A DNA stretch of 64,000 bases from Paraspadella gotoi (taxonomy: Eukaryota; Animalia; Chaetognatha), in assembly GCA_051294375.1 (NCBI GenBank), contig CM119265.1, forward strand, positions 27,224,517-27,288,516. The letters run 5' to 3'. Positions 50,301-64,000 of the stretch are shown here, piece by piece. A program made the position numbers and the translations under genes. The notes beneath the pieces are model-generated. The model did no database searches. It was not told where the DNA came from and worked only from the letters and a program-made list of their open reading frames with translations. Numbering within the stretch: position 1 is the stretch's first letter; every line of letters begins with the position of its first letter.

Positions 50301-52005
50301 GATGAAACGAAAATTGATTGGAAGTTTTTAGATGTATCATAAATATGAAGTCTTAAGAGTTATTTTATTATATACATGAATACGAAATAAAATATAATGG
50401 CAAAAGTAAGTTGAATCCGAAAAGATCAATGAACGATTGGTCGAAACGTTTTTTTGGGCAACAAAAAGAAACATTAATTCTTCTGGTCGGCCAACAAGTT
50501 GCACATCGTCGTCATCGTCGCGTCGTCGTCATTATATCATCATATCAGCATCACTCATCATCATCAATTCATCAATAAAATCAAGGATAAGCAATTGTAA
50601 GAACTATTCCACTTAATTATGCGACTCAATATATATTTAAGAGAAAAACAGTTTAGAAATTGTGTTTAACGATTATATTTAGAAAATTGTTAGTCGCACA
50701 TGTTTTACTCTGCAGGGACTCATAATAGTAAAGAATTACTTTGTTAAAGTTTTTTAGTACTTCTACTACTCTTTTGTCAATGTTAAACTTTTATGTATAA
50801 TTAATATCGCTTTAGTTATGCCAACGCCTGATTAACAATAGTTTAACATTATTTCGAACACACACTAAACACGGAGGAATGCACGCAAAGTACGTACATA
50901 CATAATTACCCGCTATGGTTTTGTTTCTCCTCTCCGGGAAGTTTTGCCATCTAAGAAAAATGTTAACGAAAAACAAAACAAAAGCAAAGAACGATTGATA
51001 AAAATCCACAACCAATCATGATTCTATATTTAAGCGAAAATTTTAGATAAGAAATTAGATTAGAATTGAGATTTAGAATTAGAGTTTAAATGGAAAAAAA
51101 AAAAAACCTGTTTCACTATTTGATTATGCTTTTTTTCTTTTATATCAAATGTAAATGTCACTAATAATTATCATTCAATAAATTATTCAATCCAATTACT
51201 AATTAATTAATTAATTAATTATTAATCAATGCATTAATTTTTCAATCACTAATCAATCAACTTGAATTATAAAATCAATAAAAGCATGTAGTCGGCATTG
51301 CCTAGGTTCACGCCCGCCTATAAGCAAGACTTTTTTCAGTTGTGAAGCCGTGTCTCATTGAGTAAAGCCATCAGCTCAATACCACTAGGTACGGTTCATC
51401 CAACCCGGTACCTACTCCTGCGGGAAGCGTGAGGGACGGCCTAAAGCCGCCATGGGGGCATGGAAAACCCTCAACGCAGGTTCCAAGCCCAGGGGACCCG
51501 TTCACTGGCTGCGAGAGGGGGTTATAGAAGTTACGGTCAGTCATCTCATTCTTCAACGCCCGTAGCGCCTTATCCACAAGATTTTATAAATTTTATTTTA
51601 TGAAATAATTACTTAATTAATCAATAAAATCATTCAATTAATAATCGTCGGTGTTATGTGTCGTCGCGCCAAGCATAGTCGTACCGCGCTTTTGTTGTTG
51701 CCTCAGTGCCGACGACAGACTTGAAAACTTAACCAGTTGTCAAACATTAATTAACGTGTAATTAAATTAATCTTTAACAATTAATTAATTACGGCTAATG
51801 ATCGTCGGCAGATCCGGCATTGGGTTGCTCAAACTTGTTTTATACTCGTTTCAATTTCTGGTTTAAAGATTTGAATTTTTTTTAAGGTGAACGACCTAAT
51901 TTTTTTTGGGGAAAGTGAAAAGGTAAGTTTTAAATCTGAGCTTTTTTTCCTATAATTTTAACTGTTATGTATTATTATCCAAAGACCAGAAACCTGACCG
52001 TCACC

Positions 52006-53935
52006 ATGCGTCTCCTCACTCACCGACTTACTCAAGTCCGATGGTCCGACGACCCTGAGCTCTACTATCAGCCACCACGGCAGCAGCGGAGCATCGCCGC
52101 TGCGGTCGTGGCGCCACCTGACGTCGACGATTCACTTCCTGTGTCGAACGCGTCTTGGGATCTCGCTGCCGGATCGGGAGACGTCCCAAAGGGCGCTTGG
52201 CGTCGTTTTTGGAGCGTCACAAGGGAGAGGATTTGACCGTGAGATATCGTTTGTATGAATATAAATAAATAATAAAAATTAACGTTTTATTTGCCATTTT
52301 AAAGGATGAAAGAGGATAAAACAAAAGATTTTGTTTTTATTGTTATATCTAGTTGGAATTAGATCTTCTCTTCATAGAATTTCCGCGTTTAAATTAATTG
52401 GTATATTGTAATATTATAATTATATATTATAAACATATTTGATTTATCAAAGTTGAACTCCAATCGGCTGACAACTTTTTTCTAGCCGTCTTTCCCGATC
52501 GGTCGTCGGATTAGAAGTCCCCGATATGATGAAATTTTGCCGGAGGACTCGACATCTCTCCGCCGCGCCGCCGCGCCAGCGCCGCGCCGCCGCCGCCGCC
52601 GCCGCGCCGGCCGCGACGACGCAACAACTTCCACGACGACGACGAGCTTCGAGTTCCGCCTCGGAGTCTTCGACGACCCTTCCCTCGTTCTGGAATTGGT
52701 CCTCGAGCTTTCGATCTGGTTGACTTCAAACATAGCGCTTCCATTACGCGCGAAACTCCGCGCCGTATGGACAAGTGGCCGACTCGTTAAAGAGAGGAGG
52801 TCGATTTCTCTTTGCGTTTCTTTGGACATGGCGGGGAGTATGTCGAAGGTTTGTAGAAGGTGTGACTGGTAGAAGGAGTTGATCGAAGAAGGGTTTAGTT
52901 AGAAAGTCTGAATGAGTTGTTGAATAAATGACATATTTTAATATTGTCTATTTCATGGTAGTCAAGTGGCGAGTGATTAATTTAGGGTGTTTAGGAAGGA
53001 CATGAAAAAGGTTGGCGTGGCAACGAGAATCGTCGGCGGTTAGATTGATAAGGGAAGTGACACGGCCGAGAACTTGCAAAGTGTATATAGGTAATTGGTA
53101 TACCATAGGATTGTACTATTAAACTTGCATAAAAATATCTAATCCTAACTTTCTTCGCCGCAGCGGGTCGTCGAGTGCCTAAAGTGAATTCGCTTCGTCG
53201 CCGCCGTACGTCCATGGACGCTTCCACATCGTGAACTCTCAACTTCGCGCGACGACGGCCAAAAGAGATCCGTGATCAATTTCGAAAATCTCGCACTGTG
53301 AGCTGGATCAAGATTCGCGTGTGTGAGATAGAGAGGTGAGTGCGTGGGAAATAGAACAACCCAAAACGAGCTCCATTTTTAAATACAGTAAATATTGTCA
53401 ATAGTTAATAACTAAAAATAATTTTTTTTAATTCATAAAAATTGACAATGTTCTATTATACTTAACAAAAATTATAATAAAAATTACCCCCGGTGGGACT
53501 CGAATCCCACAATCTTGGCTAGAGGACCAATGCCTTATCCAATTAGGCACGAGGGCCTGGATGTCACCTTCAAATATCGTTCATTGTATTTTTTATTTTT
53601 ATATATAGAGGAGATTGTTTTATTTGTTTTTATTTATTGATGTTTTTTTTAATACTTCGTTTTTTTTAAAAATAGGTGAGACAAGTTTACGCGTTTAAAA
53701 CTCCCTTTCTCCTCAGACGCCACCTACATAACTTCTCCGCCTCCTCGAAACTCGCGGATTCCTCCAACCCTCTACCCGCACACCCTCGGCTCGTTCCCTC
53801 CGAAGCTGAAGGCGCCGACCCCTGCGTTGACAACTCGTGGAGGATACAGGAAGGTGCCGTTGGATAACTCGAAGACGCGACAAGAAGCCGGTTTTTGAGG
53901 AGAATAATTGCTCGTCTACGGAGAGAAGCCTTGGA
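52006..53935 (+). pseudogene. Frameshifted second copy of the methyltransferase (or an erroneous sequence copy)
   Basis: Aligns to 42480-44542 with many frameshifts. Confidence 0.7.
53484..53556 (-). pseudogene. Corrupted second copy of tRNA-Arg(CCT)
   Basis: Aligns to 44024-44096 with indels in the T arm, anticodon arm and D arm. Confidence 0.65.
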
Positions 53936-56900
53936 GAAAGGCTCGCGATGCCGATCTCGGCGGGCGCCGGGGGGGGGGGCATGGATTTTTGTCACGTTTG
54001 GTTCAAAACTGCTTTCCTTCTGTCTTTAATTTTTAAAAGATTCGTAGCATTTCAAACATTTTTAATAACGAATAGTTTCGCGACAAAAGAGAGCTTCATT
54101 GTGATTTTATTGAACGTATTATTTTTTCATTAATTAACTTGATGACTTTATAATTGTTGTTCAATATTAATTTTAAAAATAGGGATCATCGTATGAAGCC
54201 GAATTCAAAAATCAATCAAATCATCAAATCAATCAATCATTAAATCAAAGCGATAATTTAAGTTTTTTCGAGATCCTCCGAGATTTAGGGGCCAATATTT
54301 GCTGTGCGGTGTCTGTCATTCAGGTTCGACCTGGTTGGTCAGGTGTCAACTTGTCAACGAGATCTTGATCTGACTCAAATTTCTGATGACTGTTTCTTGC
54401 AGTTCCATGAAACGAGGACTTGTTAGTTGCAATTTTTCTTCAATACCAACTATAAAAGATACCAATATAGAAAATTATCTTCATTTAATAAATACAGCGA
54501 TTTTGGTTCTCAACTTTGGACAGGATTTGGTGGTTTAAGGCCTCCGTCACTCTTACAAGATATGACATAGCAGCTTTAATGAAAAGCGGCTTTCAATCAG
54601 ACTCCTCTCACAGTTCGTTTATTCACTCCAGAGTACTGGATTCCCTATCAATAAAGTGGTATAATGTTCTAATAGTATAAAAGAACACTTCTTTTAAGTA
54701 TTTGTATTATGTTATGAACTATTTCCTAATATTTTCTCTTTGTCGTTCCTTCTCTCTTTTTCTACCCTTTCTTTCATTCTATTTTATTTTTCTTTCTTGT
54801 TTTTTTCCACTTTCTTCTTTTCTTTCTCTCTTTTCTTTCTCTCTCTCCCTATTTTTCTCGATCGGAACCCCAAAGGCGTAAAGCCACTACCGACGACGAC
54901 GACGACGACGACGAGAGACGCCGAAACGAACGACGACCGTATGTCGTCGCTGAGAGGACGAACGAAGATGTGAAGAGTCAAAGAGGAAGAGAGGAACGAG
55001 GAGACGAAGAAGAAAACGACGGAATGAGAAAAGATTTCGTTCGTCAAACAACTCGAAAGGAAAAAAAAGAAGGAACGAATTGTTGAGTTTTGACGTCGGA
55101 ACATTTTTTATTTTTAGATTTCAAAATGACCAAAAAAGTGATAATCGCGGGGAAAGTCGAAATCGAAATCATTAATGACAAAATCGTTTTTAACATTTAT
55201 TTATTGTTCGATCATTTTAAATATTAAAAAAAAAACAAAAAAAAAAAACAAAAACGGAACGGATGTGCCTTGAAATTAAAATGGTTTGGAATAAATAAAA
55301 TTAAAATGTTGAAGAATTGGACTTTAAGGTGTATTGAACGTGATATTACTTAATAAAAAATCGTAAAAATTCTGAATTTCTACGTTCTTAGTTTTTTGCA
55401 TATTTAACGTATATTTTTTTTTATCATATTTCTTTTCACTTTTCATTACGACTTTCGTTTTCACATTTCATTCTTTATTTCTTTTTATCAATCTTCATTT
55501 TGTTTCCTGATTTGCTATCTTCGTAACGCAAAGTCTGCAGACAGCAAGTGTGCTTGTGCAGAGTTTGCATGACTGCTATCTTCATGAATGTCAAGCGAAA
55601 CGACAAACGACAAGAACAAAGACATTCTTGAAGTAATCAATAATTTTCGCTATTTCAAAAAGATACTTTTAGCATCTGACAAAACTAATACAATTTTCAC
55701 CACGTAGCCAAATTTACTCATTTTTTTGGTGAAAGTATTTAAAAATTGAAATATCTCCTAAACATCTTTACTATATCTTCCAAATCTATAATATTAAATT
55801 GTAATATCTTCTAAAATTTATTGTGTAATACTTTGTTTATACTTCGGATTGTTTCTATCTGTTTTTAAATTCTAATATTCCTATTTCTAAATTTACAAAT
55901 ATTTAATAATAATTCACAATATTCATTTTATTATGTAACGTTATAAATCCTCAAAGAAAATTCAGTCTTTCTTTTTCCATCATCCTATTTTTTCTCTCTC
56001 TTTTATTTAATTTTTTTTTCTTGCAGCTTCGTATTCCTCGTCCCACCGTAACCCTTGCACTTGATAACTCGTTACGAATCATTCTTTCTGTGAATTGTGA
56101 GACTCGGAAAAGATTTTGGGTGAACTTTTCCCTTTAGAAGGCAGTTTGGTCGTCCCCCGAGGAATAAAATCTTTGGTGAGAGAAGAATGGGCTTTTCGAA
56201 AAAGGCGGGGAAGCTTGGGAGGCGGGGGGTGAGTTAAAAACGAAATTGGGAAATTGTTAAGAATGAAGATTTTTTAGGTTATAAACGCACGATGTTTAAT
56301 TTTTTTTATATTAGGATATGGATTGAAAAAAAATTTAAATGAAAAGAATTAACGTGGATTTAAATGAATCATATTTTTCGAATTTTCTCATGTGTATTTT
56401 CTCTCTTTTCGTTGTTCATAAAGATCAGCAGTTCGAAAACGACAAGTTTTTAGTATTTTTTACAAGACTTTAATTAACAAGTATTGGACATATTTGACTC
56501 TTGTTTTCGAGTCTGATGAAGAATAAATATAAAAACCTTTCGTTTTCGAATCTGCTGATCGATTTTATCATATTTTATCAATTTGTTATATTTTATCACA
56601 TTTATAAGGATGAAAGTCATCGCATCTTATAGAGCATCATTTGTGAATTCATAACAAACTTCACAGCGTTATGAATTAACTCTGCAGCGAAGTTCGTTAA
56701 AACTGAATCTCTTCTCTCTCTCTATCGTCATCTCTGCTCTCTCTCTCTCTATCTCTCTCTTCTTCTCTCTCTCATCTCTCTTCTCGCTCTCTCTCTCTCT
56801 TATCCTCATTCTCCTCCTTTTTTCCGCCTTCTTCCCTCGACGTTATATTTTTCCTTTTTCATTTTTTTTCTCTCCTTCGAGTTTTGTTTTGAAAATCTTC

Positions 56901-59900
56901 TCCAACACTTGTCAAAATTTTTTTCTTTTCTCGTCGAAGGAAAGTGAAGTGAAAAAAAAGGAACAGTGAAACTGAAACGAAGGAGAAAGTAAAAGAAGAA
57001 GAAAGTATAAAAGAAGGAGAAAGTTTAAGAGGAGAAAGTTAAAGAAAGAGTAAAAGAACGGAGAGAGTAAAATTGAAAAGGAAGTCAACAAATCTCTCAA
57101 AGGAAAAAAGAAACGTGAGTCAAGAAAAAAGAAAAGGGATGAAAGAGAGAAAGGGAGGAAGGGAGGAAGGAAGGAGGAAGGTGATAGGAGGAAGGGAGAT
57201 AAGGGAGGAAAGAAAAGGAAGGTAGTAAGAGAGGAAGAGGAGAGGAAAGGGGAGGAGAAGGAAGTAATAAGAGAGGAAAAGGGGAAGAAAGGAAGAAAGA
57301 AAAGGAAGGTAGATAAGAGAGGAAAAGGAGAGGAAAGGGAGGAAAGGAAAGGACGGTAGATAACGAGGAAAGGGGAATTGAATGTGGAGGAAAGGGAGAA
57401 ATGAGAAGAAAAGGTGCTGAGGGAAAAAAAGCAAGATCGGGTGGAGTAAGACGAAATAGGGTGTGAACTCGATATCGAATCAAACGCCTTACAGGGTGAG
57501 TGATTGATGAGTCTGATCTCAGTTTTTTTCTCCGTTGCCTCTTCCTTAATTTCATTTCCTAAACTTACTTCGCCCTTACTTGTATCGCGATGCTTCCTCG
57601 ATTCTACCAACCCGACGATTACTACCACACTTACTCCAGCCTCTCAGCCTTTCCACTTCGCACCCAACGTTAGATACCTCAGCCTCACTAACTTACTCCT
57701 CCCTTACCACACGCGATCGATTTCCACGTGTCCCGCACGCGTCAATCCCATTCGCGGTGGCGCGAAAAATATTCGCGACGACAATGGAATCGAGAGCCAA
57801 CGAGTATCGATTGCAGATTGAAGAGAAAAAATAAATCTCTGAAGGTTGAGAGAGAATGAAAACGGACTGAACGTAAAGGGACAGACCGAAGAGCCGATAG
57901 GAAGCGGCTGGAAAGGCAGACGCGACAAGGAAGGCGACTTGAAAAGGACAGACCGACAAGGAAAGCGGCATGGAAGGAAGCCGACAGGAAAGCGCAAGGA
58001 AAGACAGACGACAGGAAGGCGACTTGGAAAAGGACAGACCGCAAGGAAGGTAACATGGGAAAGGGCAAAGCCGACAATGAAGCGACACGGAAAGGACAGA
58101 CGCGACGAAAACGAGGAAGTCGTCGCGGATCCGACAAGGCCTGGGACCAAAATTAGAACTGGAACGGATTCCGACAAAAATNNNNNNNNNNNNNNNNNNN
58201 NNNNNNTCGACATTTAACCGAAAACTGGAAATCAGAAAACTTGTGTCTCTGGAAGCGCTCGTCATCCGCGCGCGTCATTGCGTGATTTTTTTTGCGTGCG
58301 AAATCTCGCGCGTGGGAACTGGACCGTGGACTTAGCGTGTTGTCGTTGTAGTTGTCGTTGTTGTTGTTGTTGTTGTTGTGCCTGATCGATCTGTCAACGA
58401 CCGTAAAGTGTTTCTCGCTCTCGTGTTATACATCGGCGTCGGGCAGCGTTGGGGTGGGGTCGGGCGGCGTCGGGACGGGGTCGGGCGGCGTCGGACGGTG
58501 TCGGGCGACGTCTTTGGCGGCGTCTATACCGGCAGGGATAACGTAACAAAACCCTAACGTCCCCATCCAAAACAGATCTAAATAATTTGGCAACTTTCAT
58601 AATTTATTTTGACTTGATCTATCCATTATTACATTTCCTGTGCACATCACAAAACTATAAGGGGTTATGACATCTATCACATCTATCATCGATATCAGTG
58701 ATTATTCACGAGATTATTCACTCGAGATTATACATCTCGATTCACTGGTAGGGATTTTCATAATTTCACCTCAGGTCAGCGAACCGAGATTAAGGGAAGG
58801 TGAGGTTCGGTCGCGTCGAGTCGGGTGAGTTGATGTAGTTAAAACCGATGTCATGATTTGAAATACAATTTATTTTTAAATGTTGAAGAGGTAAGTTTTA
58901 AGTCGGCTTCTTGGAGNNNNNNNNNNNNNNNNNNNNNNNNNNNNNNNNNNNNNNNNNNNNNNNNNNNNNNNNNNNNNNNNNNNNNNNNNNNNNNNNNNNN
59001 NNNNNNNNNNNNNNNNNNNNNNNNNNNNNNNNNNNNNNNNNNNNNNNNNNNNNNNNNNNNNNNNNNNTCTCTCTCTCAAAAAACCCCAACCAAATTTTCC
59101 TACTAATGAACTTCTCTGGTATCGTAAACCCGTCGAGTCGTTGTCGCCCCGAGTAGATGGCAAATGCCATCGAATGGCACCAGAGATGGTAATCGGGAGA
59201 CGCCATCTCCGTCGCGACTCGATTGAAAAAGAAAAAAAGATTTTTGGTTTTAAAACTTCTTCGTCCGTGACGAGCAGAGCGAACCACCCACGTAATCCTC
59301 TACCGACGGACCGATGGATCGACGGACGGGCAGTCCGTTACGACCCAACCGTCCGTCCGTCCGTCCGTCCGACCGACCGCATGGCGTAGTGCCTTTCCGA
59401 AGTCCGTACCCGCTTTCCCCCATTAAACTGCCCGGCGGGCTTTCCGCCAAAACCGCCCGCCTCGCCGCCCGCCTTCGTCGACGCAAGTGCCCTCTCACCC
59501 GAGACGACGACGACAACAACGACAACAACGACGACGACAACGATGACGACGACGACAATATTTCGTCGATCTCCACGAGTCTTCGACCAAAAAAACCTAC
59601 TCCCTTCGTTGATCTTAGGTCTTCACATATTTTATCTTTTTCGGTCAAATTTTCATTTTTTTTTCTAAAAAGAAACTAAAATTATTTTCCCCCAAAAAAT
59701 TTATAGATAACTTTCGCCTTACGATTTATAAATCATTTACAAACGCATTTGATTTGAGTTTCGTAATATCATATTATTATATTAAATAATAAGTGTTCGC
59801 TGACACAATGTTTTGTATTAATAAATTCAATTGACACATTCCTCGACTATAGAGCGATGAACGGTGACTGGTGATTTGTGACTGGTGACTGGTGACTGGT

Positions 59901-62900
59901 GAGTGGTAAGGCCTCGGGGTTTTTCTCCCTGTCTCCCTTGACGACGTCAATATTGATTACGACGACGACGACGACGACGACGACGAAAAAGACGACGATT
60001 TCGTTCGCTAAGACGATTATACAAATTCTCTTTTGCGAGGGGGGGCGTGTTGCGTTCCAGGTCAGTTAAGGGTGAGTTACGATTACAAAGANNNNNNNNN
60101 NNNNNNNNNNNNNNNNAAAGAGAGAGATTCTGTTTTGTCCCTCTTTTTTTTGGTTTTTTTTTGTTTCGTTTTGATTGACGGGAAAACGTCGGCCGTTGCT
60201 GGCTTTTTATCAACCATAAAATATGACCTTATGGATGCGGAATGGAAAAAAAAACAGTTCTCAGCTTTGAAAGTCTCGCTTTGTGTCTTAGCATCTGTGA
60301 TTTTATTGAAAGGCATGAACAATTTAATTGTTTGAAGGGAATATCCAGAGTAGTACGTATAATTCTGCAATTGACGTGTCTTAAGATTTTATCCCGATTT
60401 TCTCAGTGTCTATGTGTTATTGTTGTTTTTTTTCCGTCTTTCCTCTTTCGCAGCGACGTTGCCGGCGGCCGGATGGAAACCCAATTCCTTTCCGCTAAAG
60501 AACAAATGTCTGAAGGTAAGCGAGAATTCTTGCCTAATTAACAATCGCTGACTGTAACATAGAGAGCGCGGATTCTGCGATCGAAAGAGAAAAACCAAAA
60601 CCTTTCAACACTTTTTTTTCCCTTTCTCCTTTGTTTTTGTACTCCGAAATCCGTTATATTTGCAAAGATTTACAACAATTATCTGTATTTTATTTATCCG
60701 ATATCCATTTTCGATTTCGTAATCTTTATTCCCGCTCTCCCCTCCTCACAGAATTCGCCCCTGGCAAACATCGGGCTCCCCTTTCGGCCATCCAAACGAA
60801 CTCCGAAAAGCCGCGACGCGCATAACAGGTTTGTTTCCTGGAAGTAAGGGAAAAAAGAAAGAGAAAAAAAACCTTCATTAAATATGCAAATACGAACTCG
60901 ACACAGGGGAAGGCGGAGAAAGTCAGGAAGGAAAAAAAAGGGGGGGACATTTATGGGCGTTTCTCCAGTGGCGCAGAAAAAAAGCGACTGGGCAGCTATT
61001 GCTCCGCTACTTTCGGGCCATAAAAAAACCACACGAAGCTTCGAAAGGGTTTGATCCTTTATCCTTCCCTGTTTTTAGTAAGCCGACGTTTTGAACCGTT
61101 ATTGTTGCCGCGTCTGATCCGCCCATTTGTAATTTTTTCGTAGTTCTCTTTTCGGAAAAAAAAGTTTTACTAATCAATTTAAGGCCGATCATTCTCTTGA
61201 AATGCGATCTCTTTATACTTATCTGTATGTTTTCACAATTTTTTATCGCCCCGAATCTCTCTCTCTCTCTCTCTCCATCTCTCCTCTCCTCTCTCTCTCT
61301 CGTCTCTCTCTCTCTCTCTCTGCGCTTTGTCTTTGACTCTATCTCTGTCTGCGAAAACGAAAATGTCATTTTTAAGGGGTATGAATAAAATAACGAAGAA
61401 CGTAATGAAAGAGAATGTATAAATGAGAAGGAGATGTAATAAGAGATGGTACAGATTCAGGAGATTAACTAAAAGCCATGACTATGGGGGTTCAGACCTC
61501 AAAGACTTTAATCTTTTCCTCTCTCTCTCTTCGCGAACGTCAAACATCAACGGGGAATCTCTTTTCTTCCTCCCCCTTCCTTCTTAGTTCCGCCTCGTTG
61601 GGGATTTCCTTTCATGAGCACGTCGCTGGAATCTCAAGTTTCTCCTTCGCCTCATCATTCATCATCATCATCCTCAGCCAACCGACGTCAACCTGGAGGG
61701 CGGTTTCACCTCAACGCTCCCGTCTCCCTCCTCCCAGCGACCAGCCCAGACCCTCTTACGCCCTCTTCCGCATCCGGTTTCCGCTTCCGGCACATTCATC
61801 GGTTCCCCATCCGATTATCCGCTTCCTCAGCATAATCCTCGTCCGGCTCGCTCACTCCTCAATCCTCATACATCGTCTCCACAACAACACCGTCCGGCCG
61901 CCGCGACGTAACGACGACGCCTCGACCGATCCAGTCTTCCTCCCAACACCATCCAGCGTCGTCGGGGAGACCGGAAAGCGACGACGACGAACGTGGCGAC
62001 CAAGGACGATGTCCGTCGAGCCGCTACGACCGCTAGGAAAAAAGGTAGAGTTTCGCGTCACGAACTTATCTTTTTTTTATTCCTTCCTTTTTTGACTTAT
62101 CGTTTGCATAGACAGCGGCGGCTGTCGGTGCGCCACTATTTCACTGGAGCTACCGGGCTTTATTGGATCGCGATGCTTATCGTCGCTGCTGAACATTTAC
62201 TTCTTTGTTCGAGAAACAAGAACCAAACTGTTCTCGGTGACAGCCTCCTCGCGTCTCGACTCCGTTCAGGCCTACTACTGAGTGAAATCCTTGGTCTTAA
62301 CCTCGCGTCCAACCGGATTTTGTGGGCGCGGTCTTGTCCGACGCCCCTTCGGAGCCGTCGCAGCTCTGCGACCGCCGTTGTAGCGGTGTGGAAAGTCGAA
62401 GGAGCCTTGCGAAGGGAACCCAAGTCCGTTGAAGGGCCGAGGGTGTCGAGCCTTGCGACGCCGTTCCTCTGCTAGAGTCACGAGTGCCATAAGTAGAGTC
62501 TGAGGCTAAGTGAACATGTGGCCCTCCGTGCGCTCCCTTTGCCCGCGAGTCTCTGGGGCTGGCAAGTGTCTCAGTGGGCTGTCTCGTGGCCTTGATCTAG
62601 GAAAGTTGGTGAACGTAAGAGGGCTGACATGAATGACGAGGACTTCATACCGTAAAGAGCCGTTTGGAGACGGGTCAAGGTAACTCTCTAACTGACTGAA
62701 AAAGGGAAAGAATGCATACAAAAGAGTAATAGAAAAGCAGACGGAAATGTATAGAAAAGTCACGTGACAATGAAATGGAATAAATGGAGAATAATGAGAA
62801 AATGAATAAAACAGCGCCATCTCTCATCACCGCCCACCTCGCGGCTTCCCTAGGGAACCGGGAAACATCGCGCCTTAATGCCGGGGGAAGGTGAATCGAG

Positions 62901-63548
62901 AGAAGATGAAGGGAGAATAGAAAAGGGAAAAATGAATGAGGAAAATAAGAAAAGGAAATAGAAAGTAAGTAGAATGAATAAAATGAGAAAAAAAAAAAAA
63001 AGAGAGGGGATGGGGAAAGATTTTGAAACCGGAAATAATGAAATGGGTAAAGAATGAAATGGAAAAAATGTCTTATTTAATTTTATATTAATTTTGTTTT
63101 TTTTTTTAATGGCCCGCGTCTGCAACGTAATGATTAAGATATAAAATGAAACTATAATCATTGTTATTCTTTTTACTGTAATCATTTGTACTTTTACACT
63201 GTTCACTATTTCTTTTGATCATGATTTGTCATAAAACGAACGAAATGAACTTGTAATGAATAGAAACCTACGAAATTCTGTGCGTCGTTTTTAGGCCAGG
63301 GATTCACTCAATCTAAAATTATAGAAATCTTAATTTACTGTATCTTAATCATTTTCTCATATCTTGGTAAGAGGTTTTCTATTTGAAAATAATGCGAAAA
63401 CTTTTAAAAATCTAAATAAAATGTTCATAAAAATTTAAACCATAATTTTTTTCTTCGGTAAAACTAGATTTTCAGAGAAAAATAATTTTTTTATATGTTA
63501 AGTTAAATTTCCGCCAATGGGCCGAAACGTGTCGAGGTCACGCATGAA

Positions 63549-63610
<62 letters not shown>

Positions 63611-63740
63611 AGAGAGAGAGAGAGAGAGAGAGAGGGATATCGATGCAGGGAAGTTGGTTAAGTTTAAAAATGATTTCCCTCCAGGAAAAAAAAATATGAA
63701 AAAATATACCTGAACGACGAGACATAACATTCAACAAAAG

Positions 63741-64000
63741 TCCGAGCCGACCGACCGACCCTGACCGACCACGACCGACCGACCGACCGCCGACCGAACC
63801 GTACCGACCGAACCGACGCGGACCGGACCGGCCGACGCGACCGACGCGACCGCACCGACGCGACGCGACCTACCGACCGACGACCGACCGACGCGACCAG
63901 ACCGACGACGACCGACCGAGTCCGACCGACGACCGACCGAGACGAGATCCGAACCGAACCGCCGCGCCGATCCGACCCACCGACCCCACCGCCGAGGTCC
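63741..64000 (+). repeat. Degenerate (CCGA)n / (CGACG)n simple repeat
   Basis: Directly visible noisy tetra/pentanucleotide array. Confidence 0.85.

Larger units (their letters stand above)
48850..57060 (+). repeat. Segment copy 2, riddled with 1-bp indels
   Basis: Same order and content as 39200-47900, with dense small indels in coding, tRNA and non-coding parts alike. Confidence 0.9.

Noticed and set aside
56912-57628. 238 aa F/L/S-rich ORF and similar poly-R/T/V ORFs at 43 and 45.5 kb
   Set aside because: Translations of purine-rich low-complexity DNA and microsatellites.

Overview
Gene-dense window from an invertebrate animal genome, with GC-rich exons, short AT-rich GT-AG introns, many microsatellites and several N gaps. 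Gene models were built by hand from translation and splice signals, so exon edges are approximate and family calls rest on recalled motifs, not database searches. From 1-23.8 kb there is a tightly packed minus-strand run: GGT (YwrD type), CRYM, truncated CRYM copy, GPAA1, ANAPC13, PIGL, DnaJ, TEFM, EXOSC9, then a Venus kinase receptor that carries an antisense zinc-finger gene in one intron. From 25-34 kb there is a divergent plus-strand run: SMPD1, an apparent eEF1B-gamma-GST/nucleoside diphosphate kinase fusion, then PITRM1. Most spacers are only about 100-300 bp and carry splice acceptors just before the ATG, which suggests trans-spliced operons. A calsarcin/myozenin-like gene lies at 34.5-38.3 kb. 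At 39-57 kb an ~8.5 kb segment (JHAMT-like methyltransferase, intronic tRNA-Arg, SINE, MITEs) occurs twice; the second copy is indel-ridden and is probably an assembly artefact. The 57-64 kb part is low-complexity and gapped, and I could not interpret it. The best novelty candidates are the GST-NDK fusion and the operon-like organisation.
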